From: Candidatus Poribacteria bacterium | GTDB taxonomy: Bacteria > Poribacteria > WGA-4E > WGA-3G | Direction: 5' to 3' | Length of the DNA: 64,000 bases | Assembly (NCBI GenBank): GCA_964291315.2 | Contig: OZ219753.1 | Span: 960,001-1,024,000 of the forward strand | Shown: in pieces, positions 40,102 through 49,847 of the stretch | Layout: each line of letters opens with the position of its first letter | Numbering within the stretch: the first letter of the stretch is position 1 | Made by a program: the position numbers and the translations under genes | Notes under the pieces: model-generated | Told to the model about the DNA's origin: nothing | Database searches by the model: none | The model's input: only the letters and a program-made list of their open reading frames with translations

Positions 40102-40398
40102 GAAAAGGCAGCAAACCTTTAAAGTTTCCAAAACCGGCTTGTAATACGCGTAATATAAAATAATTAACGTATGTAGAGCATGGGGAGGGCACGCCTTGCT
40201 AAAAAGCAAGAGAACAGCAGAACTTCGCAGATAGGAAGCGCGCTGCACAGTGGAAATATTGCCGCGGAACCTTGGCGTTCCGGGTAGTGTCTTAACCGTT
40301 AAAGCTTTCATGCGTTTCATTGCTGGATGAACCAACGGTGATAGGGTTAACACGCCCTATCGATTTTACCTGCGGAATTATCTTCTTTCATACTTTCT
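40052..40398 (-). ncRNA. Candidate structured non-coding RNA (~345 nt), unassigned family
   Basis: Bounded by a perfect sigma70 promoter and an intrinsic terminator; at least 5 hairpins, with G-U pairs that only form on the minus strand. Confidence 0.55.
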
Positions 40399-40476
40399 AC
40401 TTTAATTATACATTAAACTGTCAAGTATGTCAATTTTTTTTACATTCTATCGATTTTACCTCGGAATTGTCTTCTT
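40357..40476. repeat. 30/31-bp direct repeats flanking the promoter (40357-40387 and 40447-40476)
   Basis: ctatcgattttacctgcggaattatcttctt vs ctatcgattttacct-cggaattgtcttctt. Confidence 0.9.
40405..40433 (-). promoter_or_regulatory. Perfect consensus sigma70 promoter
   Basis: Minus strand TTGACA (40433-40428)-N17-TATAAT (40410-40405). Confidence 0.85.
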
Positions 40477-40543
40477 CAGACATTAGCAGGCGGAAAACAG
40501 AGCACCCCTGTTTATAAGTATCAACAGCCAATTCAGGGAGCAC

Positions 40544-43483
40544 CTATTCTGTTTCAGTTTCTTCTTCCTTTTTTATTGCCCCGTTATTCTGCCAATTCTC
40601 CGCTTTTTCTTTGAGTTTTTCAAGGTCTTCTGGTTTCTTGATATCAACGATATGCGGGGTAATAATAATTACGATCTCAGTATTTTCAACAGTTGTTTCG
40701 GTGTCTTTAAAGAGTCTACCGATCAAAGGAATATCGCCTAAGATCGGGAGCTTGTTTTCGACCTCTTTCTGTTTCTGTCGTATGATACCGCCAACCACAA
40801 TCTGCTGTCCATCTTCAACATCGATATAGACACTAATAGCGTTGTCATCAGTAATAGGTGCGTTGAACGCGGTGAACTCGATGAAATTGCTAGCGCTGAT
40901 GTTTTCAATATTTAAACCAATTGTCCGTTTGCCATCTTCACCGACTTGCGATTTAGCGATATAAGGCGTGAGGGAAATGTTAATACCGACTGGTGGATCG
41001 ATGAAATCATAGTTGAATAGCGGTTGTGAGACAGCCTCGCCCAAAATGCTAGTCGTATCAACGCTCTGGAGATAGGGAATGCGTCGCCCGCTACTCCATG
41101 TAGCGTTCCATGAATCTCGCGTTAAAAGCGATGGTGTTGATAGTGTCTGCACTTTGTTCTCGCGAATGAGCGCGTGGAGCAAAGACATGTATTCCTTGGT
41201 TGCTAAACCGATGTTAAAACCGGAAATTTCTTGATCAATCCCGAGCTGACTTTCGAATTCTCCGACGAGGGGGTTACCAGGGCTTGCTGTGACACCGAAG
41301 ATTCTATTCTCTTTTGCAGTGAGCTCAATCCCGAGCTTCGTTGTCTCATCAAGTGTAACTTCCAGGATCTGGATGTCTATCCACACTTGTCCGCGCACAA
41401 AATCTAATTTACTGATCAGAGCTTTAACAGCTGGGAGGTAACGTTGCTGGGTTGTGACGATGAGTGAATTGGTATCGGTGTCGGCAAAAATAGTAACTTT
41501 TCCACGTAAGGAGTTAATGTCTTGTTGTTCTTGTCTGCCGCCTGATGCGAAAAAACGACTGAAGCTAAAACCGCCGCCGCTATCGTCCCCTTCCCAGACC
41601 TGTTGCAGGACCTGCTGCAGTTGTTCGGCATTGCCGTACTCTAAGCGAATTGTCTCCGTAATTTCTCTCTGCCCCTCGGGTGTTGGCACATCCATGGAGT
41701 TGATAAATTCTGTGATGAGCTCAAAATTGCGTTGCGTTGCTGTAGATACAATCACAGCATTGAGCGTCGGGTAGGCTTCAGCTGTTACGTTCCCGGCGAG
41801 TGATCCTTGGGTCTGATTCCTTTGGCGTTCGGCAAGGAAAAAGAAGAAGTTCCCTGTGTTCCCTGAGCTCCCTTGGTAGACGTTGTTAATGACGGCTGCG
41901 ACGTTCTCTGCGTCTGCATATTTGAGTTTATACATTCGCGTGCCCCATTCCTGGTCTGGCATATTGACGTCAAGTTTTTGGATGAGTCCGTCGATCGTCT
42001 CAAAGTTCTGGGCGCTTGTAGAGATAAGGATGGCATTGAGTCTCAAATCGGCAACGAGATGCACCTCGCCTTGCACTCCAAATCCGCCGCTGCTTTCTTC
42101 ATTAGATCGCCGGGGTCGACGTTCCCACCATGGACGATCTCTGTCTCTACCGGCACTGCCGCCTTCAAAAAGGTCCTGTAGGCTCGGCACGAGCGTCTCA
42201 GCGTCTGCAAACTTAAGAAAATAGAGTCTGATTTCTTCTTGTGTCTGTTCTTGGTCAAGTTCTGCGATAATTTTTTCGATGATAGAGAAATTCCGCGGAT
42301 CTGAGGAGACAACCAGGATGTTGAGTCGTGCATTGTGAGAAACGTTGATGTTGCCAACGATTCCCTGCGATTGATCTACGCCTTGTTCACGTTGGAACTG
42401 TCTAAACTTTGCGCGCTCCCAAGCGTCCATTCTGCCTCTATTTTGGTTACGTTCGCCCGTAAGAATCTCTTGAAGTATTTCAGCGACATCCTCAGCAGAC
42501 GCATAATCGAGGCGGAAGGTCCGTATTTGTGTCTGTAAGCTCGGTGCGACATCGAGCTCTTTAACGATCTCTCGGAGGAACACCAGGTTTGCCTCAGAGG
42601 CTTTCAGCACTAGTGAATTAGAGCTTGTTTCAGCAACGATCTTGATTGCGCCGTCTAGAACCTCATAGCCGACACCGCCGGCTTTCATCTCCGCGGCTGC
42701 CTCGACTGCTTCTTCGGCACTCATCCCTGGGCCACTGCTTTTGGCCTGTCTGTTGTCGTCGTCTGTCCCCTGAAAAATGTTGGTCAACGTTTGGGCCAGC
42801 GTGCCTGCTTCAGCATACGCAAGCGGCATAATGAGGATCTTTAGCGGGAAACGTTCCCCCTCGTCAGCGACTTGGAGAATGGAAACGATGCGCCGTATAT
42901 TCGAGGCGACATCCGTTATAATGAGCGTATTTGTGGCGGTGTCTGCAAAGATGTTTGCCTGTTTATTCAGAAGCGGTTTCAACCTGTCTACTTGTTCGGA
43001 GGCAACCACGCTATTTAATTGGATGATGTAGGTTTGAATCTCGTCTGTCATATCGACGAGATCAGGATCGGGTGCAATATTTTTGACAGTGCCTTTTGTT
43101 GCTATCGCGCGAGCGAACGTTGTAATTAAGAGCGTGTTATCAGTCTGAATGAGCGTGAGGTCATACTGGGTCAAGACAGTTTTAATTTTTTCTATGATCT
43201 CTTCAAGGGTTACATTTCTCAGGTTAATCAGTGAAAATCTTTTATCTCGGATGTCCTCTTCGCTGGCGATAATTGTGAGATCTGTTTCTCGTGAAAGCCA
43301 CTGAAATAAGCCTTTTAGTTCTTGGCTGGTAAAGTTAAAGTCAAAACGAATTGCCCGGCCCTCTTCGTCTGTTTGGGCGACGCGCATTGTAGGTTCTTGT
43401 TCCTGCGCGAGCGGTTCAACGAGTGCAACGGTGAACAGGCCCAGACAGAGCAGTGAGATAGATAAAAGTTTGCGTCCTTGCAT
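40544..43483 (-). CDS. gspD: T2SS secretin with an expanded set of N-domain repeats
   Basis: Signal peptide; about 6 secretin-N repeats (LxYAxAxxxAxxL...DxRxNxLxV); QVWIDIQILEV; KLPILGDIPLIGRLFK...IIITPHIV. Confidence 0.92.
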   Translation of the reverse strand: MQGRKLLSISLLCLGLFTVALVEPLAQEQEPTMRVAQTDEEGRAIRFDFNFTSQELKGLFQWLSRETDLTIIASEEDIRDKRFSLINLRNVTLEEIIEKIKTVLTQYDLTLIQTDNTLLITTFARAIATKGTVKNIAPDPDLVDMTDEIQTYIIQLNSVVASEQVDRLKPLLNKQANIFADTATNTLIITDVASNIRRIVSILQVADEGERFPLKILIMPLAYAEAGTLAQTLTNIFQGTDDDNRQAKSSGPGMSAEEAVEAAAEMKAGGVGYEVLDGAIKIVAETSSNSLVLKASEANLVFLREIVKELDVAPSLQTQIRTFRLDYASAEDVAEILQEILTGERNQNRGRMDAWERAKFRQFQREQGVDQSQGIVGNINVSHNARLNILVVSSDPRNFSIIEKIIAELDQEQTQEEIRLYFLKFADAETLVPSLQDLFEGGSAGRDRDRPWWERRPRRSNEESSGGFGVQGEVHLVADLRLNAILISTSAQNFETIDGLIQKLDVNMPDQEWGTRMYKLKYADAENVAAVINNVYQGSSGNTGNFFFFLAERQRNQTQGSLAGNVTAEAYPTLNAVIVSTATQRNFELITEFINSMDVPTPEGQREITETIRLEYGNAEQLQQVLQQVWEGDDSGGGFSFSRFFASGGRQEQQDINSLRGKVTIFADTDTNSLIVTTQQRYLPAVKALISKLDFVRGQVWIDIQILEVTLDETTKLGIELTAKENRIFGVTASPGNPLVGEFESQLGIDQEISGFNIGLATKEYMSLLHALIRENKVQTLSTPSLLTRDSWNATWSSGRRIPYLQSVDTTSILGEAVSQPLFNYDFIDPPVGINISLTPYIAKSQVGEDGKRTIGLNIENISASNFIEFTAFNAPITDDNAISVYIDVEDGQQIVVGGIIRQKQKEVENKLPILGDIPLIGRLFKDTETTVENTEIVIIITPHIVDIKKPEDLEKLKEKAENWQNNGAIKKEEETETE

Positions 43484-43595
43484 AAATCCGATCCTTTTGA
43501 AGGGGTGTTAATTGTCGGGTATCAACTTCGGGTTACTATTTAATTCCACAATATCTGGTTTAACCGAAAACTGACGACCCATAACCGATACATAT

Positions 43596-44846
43596 TTAAA
43601 ATATTCGAGCGACAAGAAATATATCCACATTTAATTCTGATGCCCTGTCGCTTCCTGGATTCCGACCGCGCGCTGCCATGGAGCGCGATTCAGCCTGCTT
43701 ATCAGGGGAGATTCGCAGGTCGCGCACTGTTAGCCACTTCGCATTTGTTTCGAGAAGATAATTTAATTTTACGAGCTTTTCGAGATCTGTTTTGAATTTC
43801 ATCTCCGCCACATACATTTCGGTTTGATAGGTTGGCGGTGCTGATGCCAGTCGATCGACAAGCTCTGCTTGTTGTTCTTGGATCTTTTTGACATACTCAA
43901 CAAGTGCGCGCTGCACTTTGTCTGGATCTAACGGTTCTTCGGTCTCGACTGTGTCTAGCGCCTCATTGAGAAAATCCAATAGCTTGCTATCTGCCCGCAA
44001 CTGGACTTCGACAGTAGCAGGCTTTGCCCCGATACCGAAAATACCGGATACGGCGGGAACTGTGGTTTTGTGAACTTGGGTGTCAAAGAAACCGTGTGTG
44101 AAGTCTGTTGCCCCGCGTAAATCCTGCAGTGTCATGGCCTTGATGAACGCTGCGAGTTTAATGCGAATCGAAATAGGGATGGTTTCCGGAAGCGGTGCAA
44201 ATTTCCATGCTGCTGCTGCTGCTATCGGATCCGTTGGCCGGGTGTTGTGCTTGGGTTCCTGTTTTTGCGTGACGGGTTCTGGCTCCTTGTCGTTTTCACT
44301 GCCAGAGAGCCATGCGTCCATGAGGTTTTTGAAGGCGCCTATGCCTTCCTGTGGTTCAACAATTGCTATAAGTTCCTGTTCTTCTGCCTCTAGATGTTTG
44401 AAGTAGAGGTAGCGCACCAGGTTTTCCCGTGTTTGCATGGTCAGTTTTTGGGTCTGTTTAGCAGTCCCCGGTTTTGTGAGAAGTTGATAATTTTGCTGGA
44501 TACCGGCTCTTCTAACAAGTGCGTCAATGTGTGCCCGAACAACAGTTTCCGGAGACCCTCTGTCAAAAAGCGTAACAGCGTTTTGTACACGAGGTGCCAT
44601 CCGTGAAGCCGGAGGGGCTAGTCCTGTCGCCTTGTAAATTTCATATTCAACTGCTTTGAATATACCGGCGGCGTAGACTAAATTCTCGCTTTTTAACAAC
44701 TCCTCTTGTCTTGCTTCAATATCTCTATTTGTAAACAGATCGTAAAAAGCCGGGACGACTTGTAGCCCAAGCATAGCTAAAAGCAGACACCCCAAAATAC
44801 CGAGTAAGATTTTAATTCGAGGCGTTAATTCAAAATTCAATTCCAT
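43596..44846 (-). CDS. Bitopic T2SS inner-membrane component (GspM/PilO-like, enlarged)
   Basis: N-terminal TM (LTPRIKILLG), position between the PilM/GspL-like gene and gspD, C-terminal LxVxxLxI PilO-like fold. Confidence 0.6.
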   Translation of the reverse strand: MELNFELTPRIKILLGILGCLLLAMLGLQVVPAFYDLFTNRDIEARQEELLKSENLVYAAGIFKAVEYEIYKATGLAPPASRMAPRVQNAVTLFDRGSPETVVRAHIDALVRRAGIQQNYQLLTKPGTAKQTQKLTMQTRENLVRYLYFKHLEAEEQELIAIVEPQEGIGAFKNLMDAWLSGSENDKEPEPVTQKQEPKHNTRPTDPIAAAAAWKFAPLPETIPISIRIKLAAFIKAMTLQDLRGATDFTHGFFDTQVHKTTVPAVSGIFGIGAKPATVEVQLRADSKLLDFLNEALDTVETEEPLDPDKVQRALVEYVKKIQEQQAELVDRLASAPPTYQTEMYVAEMKFKTDLEKLVKLNYLLETNAKWLTVRDLRISPDKQAESRSMAARGRNPGSDRASELNVDIFLVARIF

Positions 44847-44900
44847 GAGCGACCTTTCTATAAACGCGCATGTTTCTCAAAAACAGCGAAGACGGGCGTT

Positions 44901-46727
44901 TTATTCGTCTTTTTCATTGTCTCTATTTTCGTCAGTTTCCGACGCGGGTTGGTTATCGTTAGATTCGGGCTCTGTTTGCATCTCATCTGTCGACGCGGGT
45001 TGGTTATCGTTGGATTCGGGCTCTGTTTGGATCTCATCTGCTGATAGCTCAGGGGGCGGGTAGCGTTTCTTCGCGAACGCCCGGACAGCAGAGGCGGTAA
45101 GGTTACATCGCACCTGCACTTGGAAAGCCTGTCTCCCACTTTGAGCTGCGGTTGTAACCTCGCCCGCTTGAACGTTGGTAAAAACCTGTGAGCGGTTGAG
45201 GGTTGCCAAGAGGGAATTGATTGCGTTGTGTGAGCTACTCTCTAGGTTGAAGGTAATACGTGCGTTTTCTGGTACGTTGAGATTGGTAATATTGAAGTTG
45301 GTCCACGCCACCTGTGTCCTATCTCGAAACATCTCGCTGAGCACGTGGAGGATATCGAGGGGCGAGATATGATGCGCTAGCATGTCTGTGATTGCTAATT
45401 CCCGACTGAGCTGCACCTTGGCTGATGCCATAGGTTGTGCGTAATAGGCGAGTTGTCTGTTCACTGCATCCGACTTGTGCTGCTGCGTGCGGTGGAGCGT
45501 ATAGCTGCTAAAAAGGCCCCCACAGATAATCAGGGCGCCTAATCCGGCGGAGGCGAAAAGTTGACGTTGGCGTGTTGACTGGGTCAGCATTTCGACGGCT
45601 TCTTTCGGCAGGAGCGACACTTTTGTTGCAGGGTTTACGGCATTAAGAGCAACCCCTAGGGGTACAGCGAGGGTGTCCCCCCATTCATCGAGAGCTGCTT
45701 TTACTTGAGCGCTTGCGAGGTGCATGTCAATACCTTCGGAGTGCTCGAGAGCGTCAACGGGATTCCAGAGGCGTGTTATTCTGCCGAGGTCAGTTTCACA
45801 AGCCGTTGTTAGTTCGGGAAGGCGCGAGCCGCTGCCACATAGCCAGAGCTCGGCCTCAATTTCTGAGGGTGTGAGGGCTTCGGTGCCGCCTACATTTTCT
45901 GGTCTCCCAAGGTCATCAGTTTCTGAATATATCTTTGAGGCAGCAATTGAACGTCGGAGTTCGCTAATGAGATGCGCTGTCCATTCAGATGCAAGCGGTT
46001 CCGTGGTCGAGACGTGCTGCTGTTCCTGGACTGCTCCGGCATCAATGTTGGGTGCATGGTTCTGACGTTCAGAAGAAGGTTGTGCGGAGAGCCTGAAACT
46101 CCGCGAGAACCGAAGAACCCCATCTTGTATGAAGCAGAAGTCTGCGTGTTCAGTCCCGATGTCAACGATGAAAGTTGGTTGTGTGCAAGCGCTTCTGGCG
46201 GCGACTTCAGCAATGGCTATGGTTGAAGGTATGACGGCAGAGGCCGACACGCCGATTTGTTCGAGAAAATGGAGGTAATCTGTGACTGTGGAGCGGCGAG
46301 TCGATATTAGCTCAACTGAAACTCCGTCTGAGATGCGCTGGACATCGTGGTAGGTAAAGATCGCCTCATCGACCCGAAAAGGGAGCTCTGTTTCTGCTGC
46401 GAGGGCGACGATACCGGCGAGCTGCTGATCGGTTGCGTCTGGTAGGTTTCCTAAACGTTTTGTACTCACTAGGAACCGTGGAAGAGCAACCGCGATTTCT
46501 GTGCGATTTCTGCTAAATAGGGAAAGAAAGTTATGCTGCGTCAGTCGGTTGTCTAAGGATTTCCAAAGCTGGGCTACGGAGTCGACAGCTTGCTGTCGAT
46601 CTGCTCCATCTGAATACGTCACAACGTTCGCATTGATGAGATGCACACCTGTGGACGATAGCTCGAGTTGAACCATTTTCGCTGTGTTTGTGCCGATATC
46701 TATCGCCACGACTTGGTTTTTTCCCAT
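44901..46727 (-). CDS. PilM/GspL actin-like domain fused to a PilN-like periplasmic part
   Basis: VAIDIGTNTAKMV, IVDIG, LCGSGSRL, VPLGVAL...SLLP, TM segment, then PilN-like region. Confidence 0.85.
   Translation of the reverse strand: MGKNQVVAIDIGTNTAKMVQLELSSTGVHLINANVVTYSDGADRQQAVDSVAQLWKSLDNRLTQHNFLSLFSRNRTEIAVALPRFLVSTKRLGNLPDATDQQLAGIVALAAETELPFRVDEAIFTYHDVQRISDGVSVELISTRRSTVTDYLHFLEQIGVSASAVIPSTIAIAEVAARSACTQPTFIVDIGTEHADFCFIQDGVLRFSRSFRLSAQPSSERQNHAPNIDAGAVQEQQHVSTTEPLASEWTAHLISELRRSIAASKIYSETDDLGRPENVGGTEALTPSEIEAELWLCGSGSRLPELTTACETDLGRITRLWNPVDALEHSEGIDMHLASAQVKAALDEWGDTLAVPLGVALNAVNPATKVSLLPKEAVEMLTQSTRQRQLFASAGLGALIICGGLFSSYTLHRTQQHKSDAVNRQLAYYAQPMASAKVQLSRELAITDMLAHHISPLDILHVLSEMFRDRTQVAWTNFNITNLNVPENARITFNLESSSHNAINSLLATLNRSQVFTNVQAGEVTTAAQSGRQAFQVQVRCNLTASAVRAFAKKRYPPPELSADEIQTEPESNDNQPASTDEMQTEPESNDNQPASETDENRDNEKDE
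44940..45040. repeat. 51-bp tandem repeat (x2) encoding DE(I/M)QTEPESNDNQPAS
   Basis: 44940-44989 vs 44991-45040, two substitutions. Confidence 0.95.
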
Positions 46728-46829
46728 TTTTTTAACGACTGCTCCTCAGCAGGGTTGTCCTTGTCAACGTTGATTTAAAATTAGAGATGCATTGAGACAG
46801 TAGGTGCGCTGGATTAAAAGTTTGACGAT

Positions 46830-48410
46830 TTAAAAATCTTGCCGCCAATATTGGAGCTGCATCTCATTGCCTGTTCGGTCAATGATACCGATACATGTTG
46901 AAATAGTTTCCCCGGCGATATCGACCCCGTTTGCTTCGATTCGGTATCCGTGTGAGCGGTAGGTCACCCAGTCAACTACTTCGCGAAACGTGTCGAAGTC
47001 AATCTCTGTTAGTTCAGAGAGTTGTGAGATATTCGTAAACGGATTTCCGGTTATTTCTTCATCCGTAAAGCTTTGTATTTGCGAAGTATCGGGAGGGTCT
47101 TGCTCCCTGCGTGTGACAATTGCTAACGCCTTTTCTGGGTCCATCCCGGGTAGTAGTGCCAAGATCTCCGGTGGGGCTGTATTTATATTAATCAGTCCGC
47201 TCCGGGTTTCCTCATCTTTTAGTGTTATTTTATCGACAATCGCGATGAATTCTTGCTGTGTTAACATTTTGACATCTTTGATAGCGTCAATGTTCTGAAA
47301 AACCCCTTGTGTGTCTCGATGGTTGACAAGCCGCTCGGCGATTCCTTGATCTACCCCTGGTAAGGTTTCTAGGGTTTCAACATCAGCGGTATTAATATTA
47401 ATTTGCCCATTTTCGTCTTGCTGTTGCCTGTTTTGTGCGTTGGGATCGCTGTTTTCCTCGCCTTGTGTGTCTTCAGCTGATTCTTCGGTAGTCAACCGGT
47501 TTTGAATATTGTTGAAAATTTCGTCGGAGACGGCTTGGACATCTACTAGTGCGGCAAGCTTGTCGACATCGCGTTGCTGGATCAGTGATTCCGCCTCGCC
47601 TTGTGTAAAGACAGGTTGCCCTTGCTGCCCGTTGATGTTGGTCAGTGCAGCTGCCTCGGCGGTGTTAATATTGACCAGTGCTTGCCCCTCCGGATCTGTG
47701 CTTGCGTCGATGGAATAGATAGTAGCCAAGTCAACAAGCCCAGGTTGTTTATCGGTTGCGGATGCCTGTGGATTACCGGGTGCTGCCCCGCTATCCCTTC
47801 CCGCTGTCATGCTGGTTTGTGTGGAACCACTTGCCTGCTGTGCCCCGTAGAGAAGCTCGGCGGTCATGCCGTCTACTCGAGCGAGATCTCGGACTGTGCG
47901 GTAGGGCTGCCCTTCCACGATTTTGTTGGCAAGTTCTTCGGTTAACATATCATCTGGATTGGCCCCGGCTTGGGCGAGCAAATTGCTGATGATGCCTGCA
48001 TCGGCGGTATTGACATTCACTTTTGATGCCTCATCCGTGATAGTTACACGATAGTTTAAGTAATTACCGGGTTGGACTCCATCTTCGATCTGTCCTTCAA
48101 GCGGGTTGACCCAGCTTTCCCCGAGTGAATCGAAAGGTGTCTGGTCATCACGCATCCGCGCCAGTGTCCATTCGAACCCGGCTCTCGCGGCGTAGTGAAA
48201 TTTGGCTCTGTCCAAGAAATTCCGCTGCGTCCGTTGCTCTATATGAATGGAATAGAGGAGCTGCGTTGCCAAAATTGAGAGGATCGTCAGTATCCAGAGG
48301 GTTGAAATGAGGGATAAGCCGCGCTGCTCCTTGCATAGTGAGTGAAAAGTCTGCTTTATAAACTGCCGCATTTGTCCATTTTCCCTAGCGTTCGGCTCCT
48401 GCAGTAGCAC
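46830..48410 (-). CDS. gspK: T2SS minor pseudopilin GspK with multiple helix-hairpin-helix repeats
   Basis: RGLSLISTLWIL prepilin-like site, ITDEASKVNVNTA, four N(I/V)NTA repeats; exact start uncertain. Confidence 0.85.
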   Translation of the reverse strand: MLLQEPNARENGQMRQFIKQTFHSLCKEQRGLSLISTLWILTILSILATQLLYSIHIEQRTQRNFLDRAKFHYAARAGFEWTLARMRDDQTPFDSLGESWVNPLEGQIEDGVQPGNYLNYRVTITDEASKVNVNTADAGIISNLLAQAGANPDDMLTEELANKIVEGQPYRTVRDLARVDGMTAELLYGAQQASGSTQTSMTAGRDSGAAPGNPQASATDKQPGLVDLATIYSIDASTDPEGQALVNINTAEAAALTNINGQQGQPVFTQGEAESLIQQRDVDKLAALVDVQAVSDEIFNNIQNRLTTEESAEDTQGEENSDPNAQNRQQQDENGQININTADVETLETLPGVDQGIAERLVNHRDTQGVFQNIDAIKDVKMLTQQEFIAIVDKITLKDEETRSGLININTAPPEILALLPGMDPEKALAIVTRREQDPPDTSQIQSFTDEEITGNPFTNISQLSELTEIDFDTFREVVDWVTYRSHGYRIEANGVDIAGETISTCIGIIDRTGNEMQLQYWRQDF

Positions 48411-49326
48411 TTGCGGGTAGATATACCATCGTTGATTGTGTCATACTGTTTGGCTGTGATGCTGGCTGATTTTGCGTTCCGCGTTGGGTTGTATCCATAT
48501 TTATTGTTTGCTCTAGTCCGCCTTGGACGGTTATAAGGATTTGAACGGCTCTCGGTATACTTTCTGTATCGTCCCAGGAGGGTCTCCAATTTTCTGTTTC
48601 TCCATCAAAATATTTCAGATCGAAGCTGACAAGTCCCCCAACAAGAGGTGCTACGTTGACGTAAATAGGATCGCCGTTCTCGTCCGTTTCTGGAACCTGA
48701 CCACTTTGTAACAAGACAGCGATAACGGATTCAGGATCGAGGGTTGTCGTTGCGACTCGAAAGAGGGCGTATTCACCGGGCTCCTCGGCACTTGTCTCGT
48801 CTGCAATTCCGCCTTGGAACGCTCCTGAACTTAAAGCGGATTCACCTGGGGGCGGTTCAGCGCCTACGAAGTAAGCCACGCGTTGCACATCGCTTAGAAG
48901 CGGTGGGGCTTGTGCAGCGTTCTGGCGTTGAAAGCTTGCCAGCTCTTCTAGAAAGGGATCTGGATCTGTGTTTGCGAGTGTGACGAAGCTTAACATATCG
49001 CGTTCGCCAACTTGACTCGGACCATCTTGCGTATAGAGTGCAAGCTCGGGTTCTTCGGCCGAGGCCAGTATGTTTCCCAGATCGGTTACAAGTCGCCCCA
49101 TAGCTACCCGGCATCTTTGTGCTGCCAAGATCCGTGCCTCTGTCTTATGATAGGCATCTACAGCTGTCTTGAAAGCAAAATATGCCGAGCCGCCTATAAT
49201 AACGAGTATGCTAACCGCCATGAGCATTTCGATGAGTGTCAACCCATTTTCAGTGGTGACGTGAGCGAGGAATTCTTTCGCGTGCACTTTTTTTGGTATG
49301 CGGTGTCTCGGTTTATAGTAGGGCAT
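48385..49326 (-). CDS. gspJ: T2SS minor pseudopilin GspJ
   Basis: GLTLIEMLMAV N-methylation site; C-terminal YFDG...W...PRAVQI. Confidence 0.85.
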   Translation of the reverse strand: MPYYKPRHRIPKKVHAKEFLAHVTTENGLTLIEMLMAVSILVIIGGSAYFAFKTAVDAYHKTEARILAAQRCRVAMGRLVTDLGNILASAEEPELALYTQDGPSQVGERDMLSFVTLANTDPDPFLEELASFQRQNAAQAPPLLSDVQRVAYFVGAEPPPGESALSSGAFQGGIADETSAEEPGEYALFRVATTTLDPESVIAVLLQSGQVPETDENGDPIYVNVAPLVGGLVSFDLKYFDGETENWRPSWDDTESIPRAVQILITVQGGLEQTINMDTTQRGTQNQPASQPNSMTQSTMVYLPASATAGAER

Positions 49327-49373
49327 CTTATTTCCTGTGAGAGCTCGTTGCGGCAATCCGACTCTATTGGTCT

Positions 49374-49811
49374 CTATTGACTTTGAGGCTTCTGGCGGTC
49401 GGCCATAAATGTGCTCATAGCCATTGAACGTTCTCTACTTCTGTGTTGCCATGTGACGGTGACCGTAACTCGCCGGACGTTTTCAACCTGTTCAGATTGA
49501 ACATCTTCAACAACAGAGCGCCACTGATAACGGGTGTTTTCCCCGAATTCACCTGTCTCCTCTCCGACCTCCGGGTAGCCGCTCATCTCAATTTCTGCCA
49601 TCCGGAATTTGAGAAGGTAGAGGGCAGTTGTGCTGTTGTCTGAAAGTCCTTGGTTACGTGTAGCGGACGCAAACGCCTGCAAAAGTGCAGGCAGCGCAGC
49701 AGCGAGAATCGTTAACGTTACCAATATCTCGATGAGCGTAAAGCCGTTTCTCTCTTTTTGGATTGCGTGCTTGATTAAAGTCCACATGTTTTTAGTGCTT
49801 TCCGTTGACAA
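49374..49811 (-). CDS. gspI: T2SS minor pseudopilin GspI
   Basis: GFTLIEILVTL, YQW, RRVTVTVTW; exact start uncertain. Confidence 0.85.
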   Translation of the reverse strand: MSTESTKNMWTLIKHAIQKERNGFTLIEILVTLTILAAALPALLQAFASATRNQGLSDNSTTALYLLKFRMAEIEMSGYPEVGEETGEFGENTRYQWRSVVEDVQSEQVENVRRVTVTVTWQHRSRERSMAMSTFMADRQKPQSQ

Positions 49812-49847
49812 TTGTGGGAAACGCTTCAGATACGGTGGAACGGGTGC

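Noticed and set aside
40125-40145. aaaaccggctt resembling the RNase P RNA 3' motif
   Set aside because: The GAGGAAAGTCC 5' motif is absent and the match is on the strand opposite the promoter
39979-40353. 124-aa ORF and other short ORFs over the structured gap
   Set aside because: No RBS or recognisable domain, and they run through hairpins and a terminator; treated as probably spurious, though not excluded
40357-40476. Possible CRISPR mini-array
   Set aside because: Only two imperfect repeats, the 59-nt 'spacer' is a promoter, and there are no cas genes in the window
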